A stretch of DNA of 64,000 bases from Azolla caroliniana (GCA_043228905.1 JBHGNT010000008.1:14074001-14138000), one strand, 5' to 3'; numbered from the stretch's first letter, positions 12,488-23,764 are shown. Made by a program: numbers and translations. Notes: generated by a model from the letters alone, not told the origin.

Positions 12488-13995
12488 ACACGTAAGATAG
12501 ATTCTATTAAGCACAGAACGGTAATTAACTAAAGCTTCAAAGATTAAACAAGATATAGAACAACAACACTTTCATTAATAAACCACTAAGTGATTGTACA
12601 ATCTTATTGAGTTCTTTTATAGGTCACCGGCTCTGGGTACGAACTGGTGCTAACCGGCAACCAGCAACGAACCGGTCCGGATCCGGATCGGCATACCGAA
12701 TCCGGGTCCGTCTGTTCGCTTCTCAGCATATAATAATTATAGATGGTTCTAAAATAAATATCCCTTTCCCATTCTGGACTTTATCCGGCTTGTAAGTCTT
12801 TGTCGGTCAATAATCAACTTGGTGTTCTTCAACACATACATGCTATTTCTGCTTCCGCCTTAACAACCTCATATCCAACATCCGGTATTCGAGCTTGGTT
12901 TTGTATTCCATTGTTGGTCGTCATTTGTTTTTAACAACATCCTTGGTCTCAACGCCTTGAAGACTCCAAGTTGATTCAAGTCCCTGAACAGACTCCAGAT
13001 CTCAGTCAGACTGAAATCTTCTTATCGGCAACTTACAAGATCTTATCTGTTGAAGAATTCCGACACTTGCAGATTTGCACTTCATTGACCTAAATCATTC
13101 CTGAAGTAGGCCAGCTAGTTGTACTTCGCCCTTGTGATTGTAGATATTTGAAGTGAGGTCTTTTCATTGATATGATTGTAGATCGTGCTTCATCAAGTAA
13201 AACAACAATCGGTCAGGTCATCCGATGCTACTCACCTGCTTGTCATAACTACTCAGAGCAGACTCGATCCCAAGAACAACCCCCATTTGTACCTCATTTG
13301 GCTAGACGACATTTGGGAAGGCCAGTCATATTTGTCCCTCTTGTTGTTGAAGTCATCCAAAGTAGGATCAACCTAGAAAATGACACATAATTTGTGATCA
13401 TCACCTTAAAATTGGCAATTGAAATAGGACTGACAGTTAACTGTGCTCAATTCGGATACTAGTTGATATCGGGAAGACCAATCGGCTTTGTCCCTCCACC
13501 CATCGTAGCCACTCCGAGCATGTTTAGTACCGAACTTCCATTCCAAATCCAATCGACTAATCAATCAACTAATCGGGTTCAATTCAGTTAGGCCGATCGA
13601 TTGTAGTCACTCCAGATAGAACCCACTAATATTTGAAGCCAATCCAGCTCATGTTCAAATTCGACTAGAACAAATTCGAGTGAGCCAATTGGTTGCACCT
13701 TCCTACCGATCGTAGCCAACTTAGAACAAAGCTTACCAACTGACACAAATGGCTTCAACATACGGCTCATCAAAGATGAGTCTAAGGAAGTTCAGCAGAT
13801 CGAAGGAAGGAGCAGATGCAAGACTATGTGATAGTCAAGGGTTAGATTGATCCAATTGAAATTGAAAACGCTCCAAAAGGACATAAGTCGAATGAGTGGA
13901 CAAAGTTGGACCGAATTGTCCATGCCACCATTCAGAGGCATCTATTCGAATCCGTGTATTACACAATACGGTCATGTACGACAACATTTGAACTA

Positions 13996-14031
13996 AACAC
14001 GTTCGCGTTCACAAGTGGAAGGATCGCGCAT
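13996..14031 (+). repeat. Left terminal inverted repeat
   Basis: aacacgttcgcgttcacaagtggaaggatcgcgcat. Confidence 0.93.
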
Positions 14032-14353
14032 AAATGGAAGGATAAGGGAAATTTTAGGGGTTTTTCAATGATTTTACAAAACACATTGATACCAGTATCA
14101 TACATGTTCAAACATACTATGAAAAAGGTTTAAAATCCACTATTTTCGTGATTTAGAAGTAACTAAAAAAAGACGAATTTCAAAAAGATACATTCTCAAT
14201 TTATATCACAAACTTCACAACCAATGTTATTTTATAAGAAACAATTTTTTAGAAATCATAAGAATTCAAAACACATGATTTTATATTACTCGATTTGTTA
14301 CAAGCGGAATGTAGTTACACTTAATAGCCAAATATACATTCATGATCACTCCT

Positions 14354-17134
14354 TTACGGAGAATCACTACTATAACTAATATACAATGACGATTCCTCCT
14401 CATCATCCTCGGATGTACCAATCAGTGCATTATCTTCGTCATAAACCAAATGGTTTGACTCTAGATTATATGTAGCAGATCTCGTTTTCCTTTGACTCGA
14501 GCCACCTTGTAGACCTGGTAATTTTTCTTTTATTATATCTATTGTTGACTTCCTTAATCGTCCGGCTTTTGTAAGTGTGAAGTCGTACACGATGATATCC
14601 ACATCAGAGATATCAAGGGTCGAGGTGTTACGAATGTTTCGCTTCCTCTTCCTACCTCCCCTTCTTGTTTGGCATTCAATCATCTCCAATGTATACTTAC
14701 CTGTAAAAGCATTTGCACTTCTAGTGTTGTACCAATGAACATTTATAGACTTGATCGTGTTTTCTATTTCATGCATTAGCACTTCTAGAATTTTACCAAC
14801 CCAAAATTGGTGGCCATGTGAGTTCTCATCAGCCGGCGTTGCAATCAACATCCCCGCGGTGAGCTCTTGCAAATTTCCTTGCCATCTAGCTTCGGCTGCT
14901 TTGGTCATCCTTGGTCCCACATAAATGTCTCTTTGTTGTGGATGGACCAAGCTGTCATTAATCGCATTTACTAGTTGCTCCGGACTTCTATTTACGCGAT
15001 CATGTTGCAATGACCATGTGAATGGCGTTTCCAAATTCCAATTATCAACAGATACACAATTGTCTATAATTTCTTTCTGATCACTATAAAATACATCCCA
15101 CCATGACGTGTCTTGTTGTGCGGCATATTTCTTGGCGGCCTCAATATGCTTTCTTTTTTCTTCTAAGGCTTGGAGCCATGACCGTTTTTGTTCTGATACC
15201 AAGTCGCTCTGCAACTGTCCTTTCTTCTCAATTGGCATTTGCTTAGCTCCATGGACAATTGTACTCGGCATACAAAGTAATAACTGGCAACCACCTTCAG
15301 GTTCCCATGTTGTAGAAGATGAATATTGTTTGGCATACAAAAGTGTAGAACCACTTATTCCATTTTTCTTTATCAAAAAAATGTGATTGAAACTTATATT
15401 CTTTAACTGAGCAAGCACTTTAACATTCCCACCACCCCCATCTAATATATATCTCTTAAAGTCATATACCTCCTTCAAGTGTAACACTTTTGGGCGTGGT
15501 GTATAAGCATCACAAATGACATCAAATAGTTTAGGTAAAGTGAAAGCATCATGCCGAGACAACTGTCTGGAGAATGTGCTAAACATCTGATCTATATGGT
15601 CATGTGTGTGGCCAACCAAAAGGAAATTGACTTTCACTTTCCTAAACAATTCTAGGTTGACCAACATACTTAGATAGCCAAATACAGTTGAATTTTTGTT
15701 CTCTCTAGCAGTATTGTCCAATTGAATGTATAGAACAGGGGGGAAAGGTTGTCCCCAAGACATCAAAACTCGGTGAATCACTGTAACTGTTAGGCTAGGG
15801 TCATTGTGAACATTGGGGTAAGTAATGAAGACGTGAGGTCGAACAGACCTATTATAAGCCAAGCATCCCACCAAGTGCATTTGAACAAGGCACTCATCAT
15901 TGACATCTTTGGGGAGCCTCCGCATATGTGGCAAGCATGTCTTCTTCTGGTCCATGCCATCTATCATTAAGCACATGTATTGTTCGGGCCTCTTCAAACA
16001 CTTCTCTCTATGATGCATCGCCTTCCTTCGTTCTAAGGATTGTGCCTCACGATGCTCTTGTAGTAACTTCTTACTCGTATCCTTTTCCATTGATGTCTTT
16101 GCACCTTTAACCAAACTTTTAAGATTTGCAGAAATGGAGCAATACCCCATACGTACTTTACGAGGAATAATAACATTTGAAAATCGAGCTCTCCATAATC
16201 TTGTGAATTGGCTATATGTGATCGACTTATTACGTGAGCCCAGCATATCAGATCGATAGACATCATAAACTTCCCGACGTGTATAATTATCAGAAAGATG
16301 CATCCTATCTGTAGTGGGCATTACTTCACAATTTAACTGAAAGTAAGTTTTCATCCAGCCAATAGCTAGTCTTCCAATTGCACCTTTCATACTTGGAACC
16401 TCTTTACAATTGAGCATCTGATCCCCGCTAAGTAGACGTTGTTGTACTCTATGTAGCCGCATGTTACTAACACATAACGCAATTTTGAATGCAACTCTAC
16501 ATATCTGTTGCGCATGGAAGATATAATACTCGAATGATACTTTGATCCCCGTACATTTGTCAGATACTAGTTGCATATGTGACCCGAGGTAAGTGTCTTG
16601 CTCATCACCGGTCATCGAAAAATAGTATCGCCTTAATTCTCGCAACTTTGATTTTCCAATCATAGACATACAACCACGGGCACAACATATTTTGTTGACA
16701 TCAAATCCAATCTGTTTATCTGATGTCACCAAGCTAAATCTAGCTAGACGAATTCTTCGTGGGATTCTTCTAATATGCATAGGGCTCCCAGATTTCTCTT
16801 CCTGCATAGAGGTTGGTGTAACCTTGTTACAGTCTAATTCTTTGCTGTGACCATCGCCAATGTTATTCAATGTTTCCTGGGCACTTCCTTCATTCTCGGT
16901 ATCTTTATTAATATCGTATTCTTCAATAGAGAACTCTTCACATGTGTCATTATTTACATTCCCTGTAGATGAGTTCAGACAATATTCTTCGATAGAATAT
17001 GGTGAGTCGGTCGACAGACAATATTCTTCAATCGAATATGGTGACTCTGATGACAAACAATACTCTTCAGTAGAAAACGATGGGTCTGATGACAAACAAT
17101 ATTCTTCAATCGAGAACGGTGAATCTTCACTCAT
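14354..17134 (-). CDS. 926-aa putative transposase (Sola-like/DUF7869-like RNase H-fold DDD core), intronless and intact
   Basis: Lies inside the TIRs. Motifs LMIDGMDQ, LYIQLDNTARENKN and FLLVGHTHDHIDQMFS give a D-D-D triad. Cys clusters upstream (CCARGC, ICRVAF, YCSIS). C-terminal FWVGKI...VHWY segment. Confidence 0.85.
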   Translation of the reverse strand: MSEDSPFSIEEYCLSSDPSFSTEEYCLSSESPYSIEEYCLSTDSPYSIEEYCLNSSTGNVNNDTCEEFSIEEYDINKDTENEGSAQETLNNIGDGHSKELDCNKVTPTSMQEEKSGSPMHIRRIPRRIRLARFSLVTSDKQIGFDVNKICCARGCMSMIGKSKLRELRRYYFSMTGDEQDTYLGSHMQLVSDKCTGIKVSFEYYIFHAQQICRVAFKIALCVSNMRLHRVQQRLLSGDQMLNCKEVPSMKGAIGRLAIGWMKTYFQLNCEVMPTTDRMHLSDNYTRREVYDVYRSDMLGSRNKSITYSQFTRLWRARFSNVIIPRKVRMGYCSISANLKSLVKGAKTSMEKDTSKKLLQEHREAQSLERRKAMHHREKCLKRPEQYMCLMIDGMDQKKTCLPHMRRLPKDVNDECLVQMHLVGCLAYNRSVRPHVFITYPNVHNDPSLTVTVIHRVLMSWGQPFPPVLYIQLDNTARENKNSTVFGYLSMLVNLELFRKVKVNFLLVGHTHDHIDQMFSTFSRQLSRHDAFTLPKLFDVICDAYTPRPKVLHLKEVYDFKRYILDGGGGNVKVLAQLKNISFNHIFLIKKNGISGSTLLYAKQYSSSTTWEPEGGCQLLLCMPSTIVHGAKQMPIEKKGQLQSDLVSEQKRSWLQALEEKRKHIEAAKKYAAQQDTSWWDVFYSDQKEIIDNCVSVDNWNLETPFTWSLQHDRVNRSPEQLVNAINDSLVHPQQRDIYVGPRMTKAAEARWQGNLQELTAGMLIATPADENSHGHQFWVGKILEVLMHEIENTIKSINVHWYNTRSANAFTGKYTLEMIECQTRRGGRKRKRNIRNTSTLDISDVDIIVYDFTLTKAGRLRKSTIDIIKEKLPGLQGGSSQRKTRSATYNLESNHLVYDEDNALIGTSEDDEEESSLYISYSSDSP
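16975..17125 (-). repeat. 36-bp coding tandem repeat (SP[FY]SIEEYCLSS[DE]-like, x4) at the transposase N-terminus
   Basis: Visible in both DNA and translation. Confidence 0.85.
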
Positions 17135-17970
17135 GGCTTAAGGTCTAGATAGGGCTCTCTAAGTTATGGGCTTAGGGGAAAGAAAAAAACTAATAAGCTC
17201 CTCTCTAAACATATACTCCTCTCTAAACATAAACTTCTCTCTAAACAAAAGCCAAATCAATAGAATGTCTATATTATGTAATATTCTATTAATACAATAC
17301 ATCAAAAAATTATTTTTAATAAAGTAATTGTACTTAAAATATCAATTATTATATAAACTAGATCTATATAAAGTTAAATCAAGTAAAATATAAAACTAAT
17401 CATTAACAAGCCATGAATATGTTGGATTAATGTTAAAATCATTGGCTAATTAATGGCACCCATTTTGATATAGAACGTCTCACTCATTGGTTCTTTAATG
17501 CTCACCATTTTAAATATTAGACTTATCAATCATTGGTTAATTTATGCCCACATCTTTAATACACAACATTTGAGAGTCATAAAAATTGTTGGTTTTAGTA
17601 ATCAATCATTGGTACATTCATGAACCTCTATCATTGTCTCATTCATAACCTTTGAAGTCATTGTAGGTTGTTATGACTATAAAAGATTGATCAATATGGT
17701 AGTTTGACTTTGTAATCATTAATACAATCATAAGTTTCTCTAGTTAATGTGACTATGGTTACCAACTAACTATCCTCAAAGTTACCAACCTTGGTTAAGG
17801 TGACTATGGTTACTTTAACCAATGTGTTCAATCCCTATAAATAGGTAGACCTCGTCATATTTCACTCACCAGAGCGTACAGAGCACACAGAACGTAGAGA
17901 GCACACAGAGCACACGAAGCACACAGAGCACAAAGCACGAAAGCGCGCCTCCACTTCCACACGATCAAAC
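17135..17970. promoter_or_regulatory. Putative bidirectional promoter between the transposase and the MTase gene
   Basis: AT-rich intergenic stretch. TATAAATA at 17836-17843; repeated tcattgg (reverse CCAAT) near 17437, 17485, 17528 and 17604; ctctctaaaca x3 at 17200-17247; gtgactatggttac x2. Confidence 0.55.
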
Positions 17971-20900
17971 ATGTCTTCAAAGAGAATCGAGCGCGAGGAC
18001 TCCAGGTAGGCCTCTAACACTGTGGACATTTTTGTAAATATGTTTCGTTTCTCAAGAACTCGATACGCCGTATCGAGTTCATGTATACAATACAAATATT
18101 TATACATGAACTCGATACGGCGTATCGAGTTCATAATTTAATTTTGCTTTTTATACAGGAACTCGATACGGCGTATCGAGTTCCTGTTTAATGTGTAGGT
18201 TTTAAACAAGAACTCGATACGCCGTATCGAGTTCGTGTTTAAAGTGTAGGTTTTAAACACGAACTCGATACGGCGTATCGAGTTCGTGTTTAAAGTTTGG
18301 ATTTTAAACAGGAACTCGATACGGCGTATCGAGTTCCTGTTTAAAGTTTGGATTTTAAACAGGAACTCGATACGCCGTATCGAGTTCCTGTTTAAAGTTT
18401 AGGTTTTAAATACGAACTCGATACGCCGTATCGAGTTCCTGTTTAAAGTGTAGGTTTTAAACAGGAACTCGATACGCCGTATCGAGTTCCTGTATATAAG
18501 AAGGCTCTGAGAGAGAAAATTTGTATTTTTGGGGTAACAAATAATTTTGGGATGGAAAAGTTATCAAATTGTCTGGCAAAATCAGTCTTTTTATGTTGGC
18601 TTTCCTTACTTTTAAAAAAAAACATGCTCTAATTATAGGTGTTTTATGACCTACTTTAGCTTAAAATAGTAGAAAATGATCCACAAATTGCCTTTACGAT
18701 AGCAAATTCTCGTCAATATAGGTTTGGAATCTATATAAGTCATACCTACTATTTAAAAGAATATATAACCCTTTTTACTTATTACGATATATATTTTCTA
18801 GGTTGAATAGCCCTGCCTATAATAGATTTTTGAATATAGGACTGCTCCTGGGAACTGTTCTTCATGTTAATATACAACCTTAATCTACGTGACTACCTAA
18901 CTTATGTTTTTGCATATACTTTCTTAAATAGGTCGTTTGAAAACCTGTCGGACCGACCGGTGAAGAAAATAAAGCTTCGCATACAAGGTTCTCCAATCGA
19001 AGCCCAGACCAAGGTAGCTCCTGAGACCATGATGAGAGGAAAAAAGCTTCTCTTTAACGAAGAGACAAAATCTCAGCCACATAGTGATGTTAGCCAAAAG
19101 AAACTTGTCGCCGCTACTGGAGGTGAAGACCTTCTTGACCGAGATCTAACGGACAAGGAATGGTGTATGCAATATGTCGACTCAAAGAAAAAAGTCGTAT
19201 TGTATACAACAAAGAAGAAGGGTGAGGGGCAACTTGGAAAGGAAACCTCATTTATGTATGGCCGTATTCTACGATTTGACTACGAAGATGCAGATTCGGC
19301 CAACATACTGGTAATGATAGAGTGCTCCAAGGGGGTACGTAAAGTGTTCCTTTCAGAAGACCTTTTAGTAAAAGAATCTTGTGGGCCAGAAGTGTTCAAA
19401 AAAGCACTTGATAGCTCACAAAACCTTATTGTTACCTTGAGGCCTTATATACAAGGCCATGTAACTCTAAGAGATGAAGTGCCCTCCCCATTGAAGCCAA
19501 CAAAAAAGGTTTCCAAAGTCCAGTCAAGACCAGCAAAGAAGAAGTCAACGAAAATGTCGGATACGGATTCAACAAGTGAAAACGAAGAGGAGGATAATAA
19601 GGGGACGCCAGGAGCTGAGCTGGCCTCGGGTGTTTTGTCATCCGAGCAGAATAAAATAAGGAGAGAGTTAATGCAACGGAAGCTGGTCAGGAAAGGGCAA
19701 GTATTTAATTTACCTATAACACACATCCATCGGCCCCCTATTGATGAAAAAACAGGTCGAAGACCACTTGAGATTAGAGAGCCTCACCGCATGCATGTTC
19801 AAAATCTCAAGAAAAAAATGAAAATTAATCCTCATGCCACTGTGGTGCCTTTTATTGTTATGGTAGATCCTGAAGAATGGGAAACCATTGAAGATTTTGA
19901 TATTAGAAAACATGATCAATATAATTATTTTGTCATTGGTTGATCGCATTCAGCAGAGGCACGTCGGCAACTTGTGAGAGAACATCCAACGACTTTCTTC
20001 TTCAAGTATGCCGAGTGCAAAATTTATGTTGGGCTCACAACCGAAGAGGCTAAGCTGTTGGCATGGGACCATAATAATGATAATGACTATAGGCAGAAAA
20101 TGTTGTCCATTGAGCGTATACGGTTCTTCCACCACGAGTATTTAGATGTGAAACAAAAGTTTGGTGTGAAGTTACATCCTGGCCTTCGACGTCAATGTCT
20201 GCATGAAGTCGGCATTGTGGTAGATGATAATGTTAGGTCCGATGGTCTTCGAAAGTATGAGTCTTGGTTTCAATTGGCGTTTAGAGATGGAGAAGTATGG
20301 GACCTACAAGATCAAATCTTCTCAATGTGGGAGAGTAACGAGGTAAAGGGTCAACGACAAAAGAAATGTAGGGTTGACCCTCAACTAGAGTTAAAGTCAC
20401 AAGCCGCCAAGAAAATTGACTTGACAATTGAAGAAGCGGCAGATGACATGAAGCTGTCTCTATGGAGAGCGATGCAAGGTATTAAGGACGAGCAGCTTCT
20501 TGTGTCGGTTTTGTCAAGGGTTGTGGCGAAAGATTTAAGCCTTGAAGAAATGGTCACTGAGTTCAATAAGTAAGTCCCTCAAATACTGAAATTGTAGTCT
20601 ATCTAGTGTAATTCAAAGTTCTAATCTTGATTTCTAATTTTACAGTCATAAGGTGTACATGAAGATCCAAGAAGTTATGATGAAACAACTTGGATGTATA
20701 ACTTGGGAACAAGTGACCGAGGATTATCCTCTAACGTCTTCGTATAAGGCGTTATCAGAGTATTTTATTGCATTCAAGGATTGGGTTAGTATTCATGTTT
20801 TTTCATTACCCTTTCATCATATGTAGAGCTTGTATAATAATACCTGATGTCCTATTGCTTCTATTAGAAACCGTGTCGAGGCAAGAAACAAGGAGAAGTT

Positions 20901-22157
20901 AAGGATATACACGATTTCCCTACATCCTTCCTTGCACATCTCGAACGAGCCAGAAAAGAAAAGGATCGTCGCTTAGTCAAGGCGTACGAAATGGAGGAAG
21001 ATGGCTCCTTTAAAAAATTTAGCCACAAAAAAGATATTACAAGAGATCTTTACTACAATGTGGTTTGCGGTGATGTCATCGACTTGATCCAGAAGGTGCC
21101 AAAGAAGGAATATACGCTAATGATTGCGGATATTCCTTACGGATTTCGAATGGCTGGGTCATCATACGACAATGAACCGTTTAGGTTTAAACAATTGGAG
21201 AAGATGGTCAAGGATTTCGCTGAGCTAACGACCGCATCCTTGTGGCGAATAGTTGTCTTTCATAGTATGGACCAAGGGTACTCGGTAGCTCAAGCTTTGA
21301 GATCTCGTTGCCATGGCATCGAGAACCTTGCATGGTAAGGATTATTTATAGGTGTCTTTCACTATATTGCATTTCTTAAGGTTGTTGAATCTATTCTTAA
21401 CTTGATGTATTATTTTTTATAGGATCAAGACCAATGTAAATAGAGGGCCAACTTTTCGGTTCGTTAATGCCATTGAATACATAACGGTTGGCTACTTCGA
21501 TGAAATTAAGAAACAGAGAATCAAAGAGCATTCTAATGAAGTGGGAGGTTCAAATCTGTTGGTATATCCAGCAGTGACTCGGAAATTGCGACATGTCACC
21601 ACAACAGAACGGGGACTTGTCAACCCATACCAAAAACCTCAACGACTTATGATGCGCTTGATCGAGATGTTTTCTGTCGAAGGAGACTGGATATTAGATC
21701 TCTTTTCTGGCACAGGTATTCCTCGAACTAGGGTAACGATCTTGAGATAACCAATCACTTTTTTTTCGTTTGACAACTAAATCTTCTTGTTACTTACATC
21801 ACAGGAACTACGTCAGCATGTGCATTGAAGTTGTTTAGAAATACAGTTGCATTGGAGAAGGACGAGGACCAAGTTATATTTATTAATATGCGGATTAAGG
21901 CTTTGTGGGAGTGCCCAGACCAGGATGAGGAGGTTGGTGCAAAGAACCTCGCCAATACAGAAAGGTTTCAACCTGCTTCGCGAGAGCCTATTCCTCTGTT
22001 AGCCGGCGAACCGGGGGAGCTAATAGAGCTTGATGATGAGCTTATAGAAGATATTTCGTTGGCTCGGCTAACAGGGGAAACCAATGCACGTATAATCGAA
22101 GACAGTTCTACACAAGATGATGAAGAAAATGACGTTGATGAATTGATTGCTATGTAA
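17971..22157 (+). pseudogene. ParB-like domain + beta-class N6-adenine/N4-cytosine DNA methyltransferase fusion; 6 exons, 974 codons plus stop, one in-frame TGA at 19941-19943
   Basis: Exons 17971-18005, 18932-20569, 20646-20784, 20868-21334, 21423-21715 and 21805-22157. All introns are GT-AG and phase-consistent (2925 nt total). Motifs: CGD, IADIPYG (motif IV, 21129-21140), W|IKTN, YQKP, ILDLFSGT|GTT (motif I), ALEKD. ParB-like segment ...VPFIVMV...YFVIG*SHSAEA...EEAKLLAWDHN. Confidence 0.87.
18056..18489. repeat. Array of nine 25-bp perfect palindromes GAACTCGATACG[C/G]CGTATCGAGTTC, period 51-52 bp, in intron 1
   Basis: Copies start at 18056, 18108, 18159, 18210, 18261, 18312, 18363, 18414 and 18465. 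The spacers are similar to each other and are themselves dyad-symmetric (ctgtttaaa...tttaaacag). Confidence 0.96.
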
Positions 22158-22551
22158 TAGACTCTATGAAGAATATGACACTGACGATTTGTTAAGATTT
22201 CACATTATTAATACAAATATTGGGTTTTACCTAGTGGATTCTATTCTTTATAATCTTCTATATGTTTCAATTTTATTTTTATATACTTGATTAGTAGATT
22301 TATGACATTGGTTTCACCGCGTGCATAGCTGACTACCAAACTTATGGAGAAACATGAACTAGTTTAAATGGAGGCTGATTTTGGTCCAAGCTAACCTTAA
22401 CAGAACATGGCCCTATAATTGTTGCCATGACTGTCCATGTTGTTATTATGGATCTTTGTCTTCTATTGTTAAAACTATTATGTTTCTATTCCATTGCTGC
22501 TTAGATTGTGTAGTGTGTTGATAATGGTTCCAGTTGCGTTATCGTTCGGAG

Positions 22552-22830
22552 TTTGATCTTGTGTGAATCACCTAAGCAATAGAGTAGACCAATTTTAAAT
22601 ACAGGTATGAAAGCCTAATAGGTTTGTTATTTCCACGACATTATCCTAAAGTTCACTGCCTTACATTGTGCACAATTATATACACATATGGTTTGATCTC
22701 ATATGAACAAACTGAGGAATAGATTAGATCAACTTTAAATACAAGTGTTGAATACTTTAATAAGTTAGTTATTCCAATCACTTATCCTAATGTGCACTAT
22801 CCTACATTTTCCACAATTACATACATGCAC
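22552..22830. repeat. Degenerate ~140-bp tandem duplication in the 3' noncoding part of the transposon
   Basis: gtttgatct...tttaaataca...ttatcctaa...cacaatta occurs at both 22552 and 22692. Confidence 0.7.
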
Positions 22831-22962
22831 GTATAGGTCAAAGTATAAATTATATCTCATTTTATTAGTATGGATACAAGTACACCTCATATTTTTGTAA
22901 AACTTACCTAATTAATATAAGTCTTTAAGTTAGTGTTTCCCTTGTTGCACAGTAGTGCCATA

Positions 22963-23754
22963 TGTTGAGAATCTACGCTCCGATTCGCCTTCACCGTTCA
23001 GCCACAACCGAGAAATCACGAATTAATGCAGCAGAAAATAGGAAACACAGAGAAAGACACGATAACACCGTGATTAACGTGGAAAACCCTAAACGGGAAA
23101 AACCACGGGAGTACAAGACTCCAAACCAACACTATACAGAGAAGTATACAATGGCGAGCTGCAAGGCGACGACCTTGAGCTCGCTGTCCTCGCCACAGAC
23201 GGCGGTAATACACAGAGGCAACGACCTCCTCGTTTCTCTCTCTCTCTCTCTCTCTCGGCTGCTCTCTCTTCACTCCTCTTGAGTGGAAAAACAGAAAATG
23301 AGCAGCAAACTTTTCAGCTACATAAAACTGTTTGCCCTAAGTCATATTTATACACATATGACTTTTAGGCTATTTACAAATATAGCCACAAGGGCCCTTG
23401 GCAAACATATTCACAAATATGTCCCCGCATCCGGATCTCTCTCCGGGTACATACATCATCCGGCTCTGTAGCCGGGTCTTCATCATCCGGCTCCGTAGCC
23501 GGGTCTTCGTCATCCGGCTCCGTAGCCGGGTCTTCATCATCCGGCTCCGTAGCCGGGTCTTCATCATCCGGTTCCGTAGCCGGGGTCTACATCATCCGGC
23601 TCCGTAGCCGGGTACTCTTCATCCGGCTTCATGCCGGGTACTCTTCATCCGGCTTCATGCCGGGTACTCTTCATCCTCCGGTTCCGTAACCGCAACCGGG
23701 CTTGCCGTCATTCATCTCCGGACATCCCATCCGGAGGGACCGTAAATCCCAACA
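22963..23754 (-). repeat. 3' LTR with ~27-bp CCGG-rich tandem repeats
   Basis: tgttgaga...cccaaca; units of tcatcatccggctccgtagccgggtct at 23450-23690. Confidence 0.95.
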
Positions 23755-23764
23755 AACTCCCCCT

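Noticed and set aside
12494-13777. Possible LTR or 5' UTR of the old copia, or a solo LTR
   Set aside because: No partner repeat, PBS or TSD could be identified.
18056-18489. CRISPR array (25-bp palindromic repeats with ~26-bp spacers)
   Set aside because: Most spacers are near-identical and self-symmetric, there are no cas genes, and the array sits in a spliceosomal intron of a eukaryotic transposon.
18864-18931. ORF-track start of the 359-aa ORF
   Set aside because: This stretch is a T-rich intron end with an AG acceptor at 18930-18931; the upstream exon 17971-18005 behind a TATA box joins in frame.
19941-19943. Programmed readthrough or selenocysteine at the TGA
   Set aside because: The position expects Gly (one substitution from GGA), no recoding signal is evident, and land plants lack selenoproteins.
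17971-22157. Bacterial or phage contamination as the source of the MTase
   Set aside because: The gene has five phase-consistent GT-AG introns and lies in a transposon nested within, and invaded by, plant-type copia elements.
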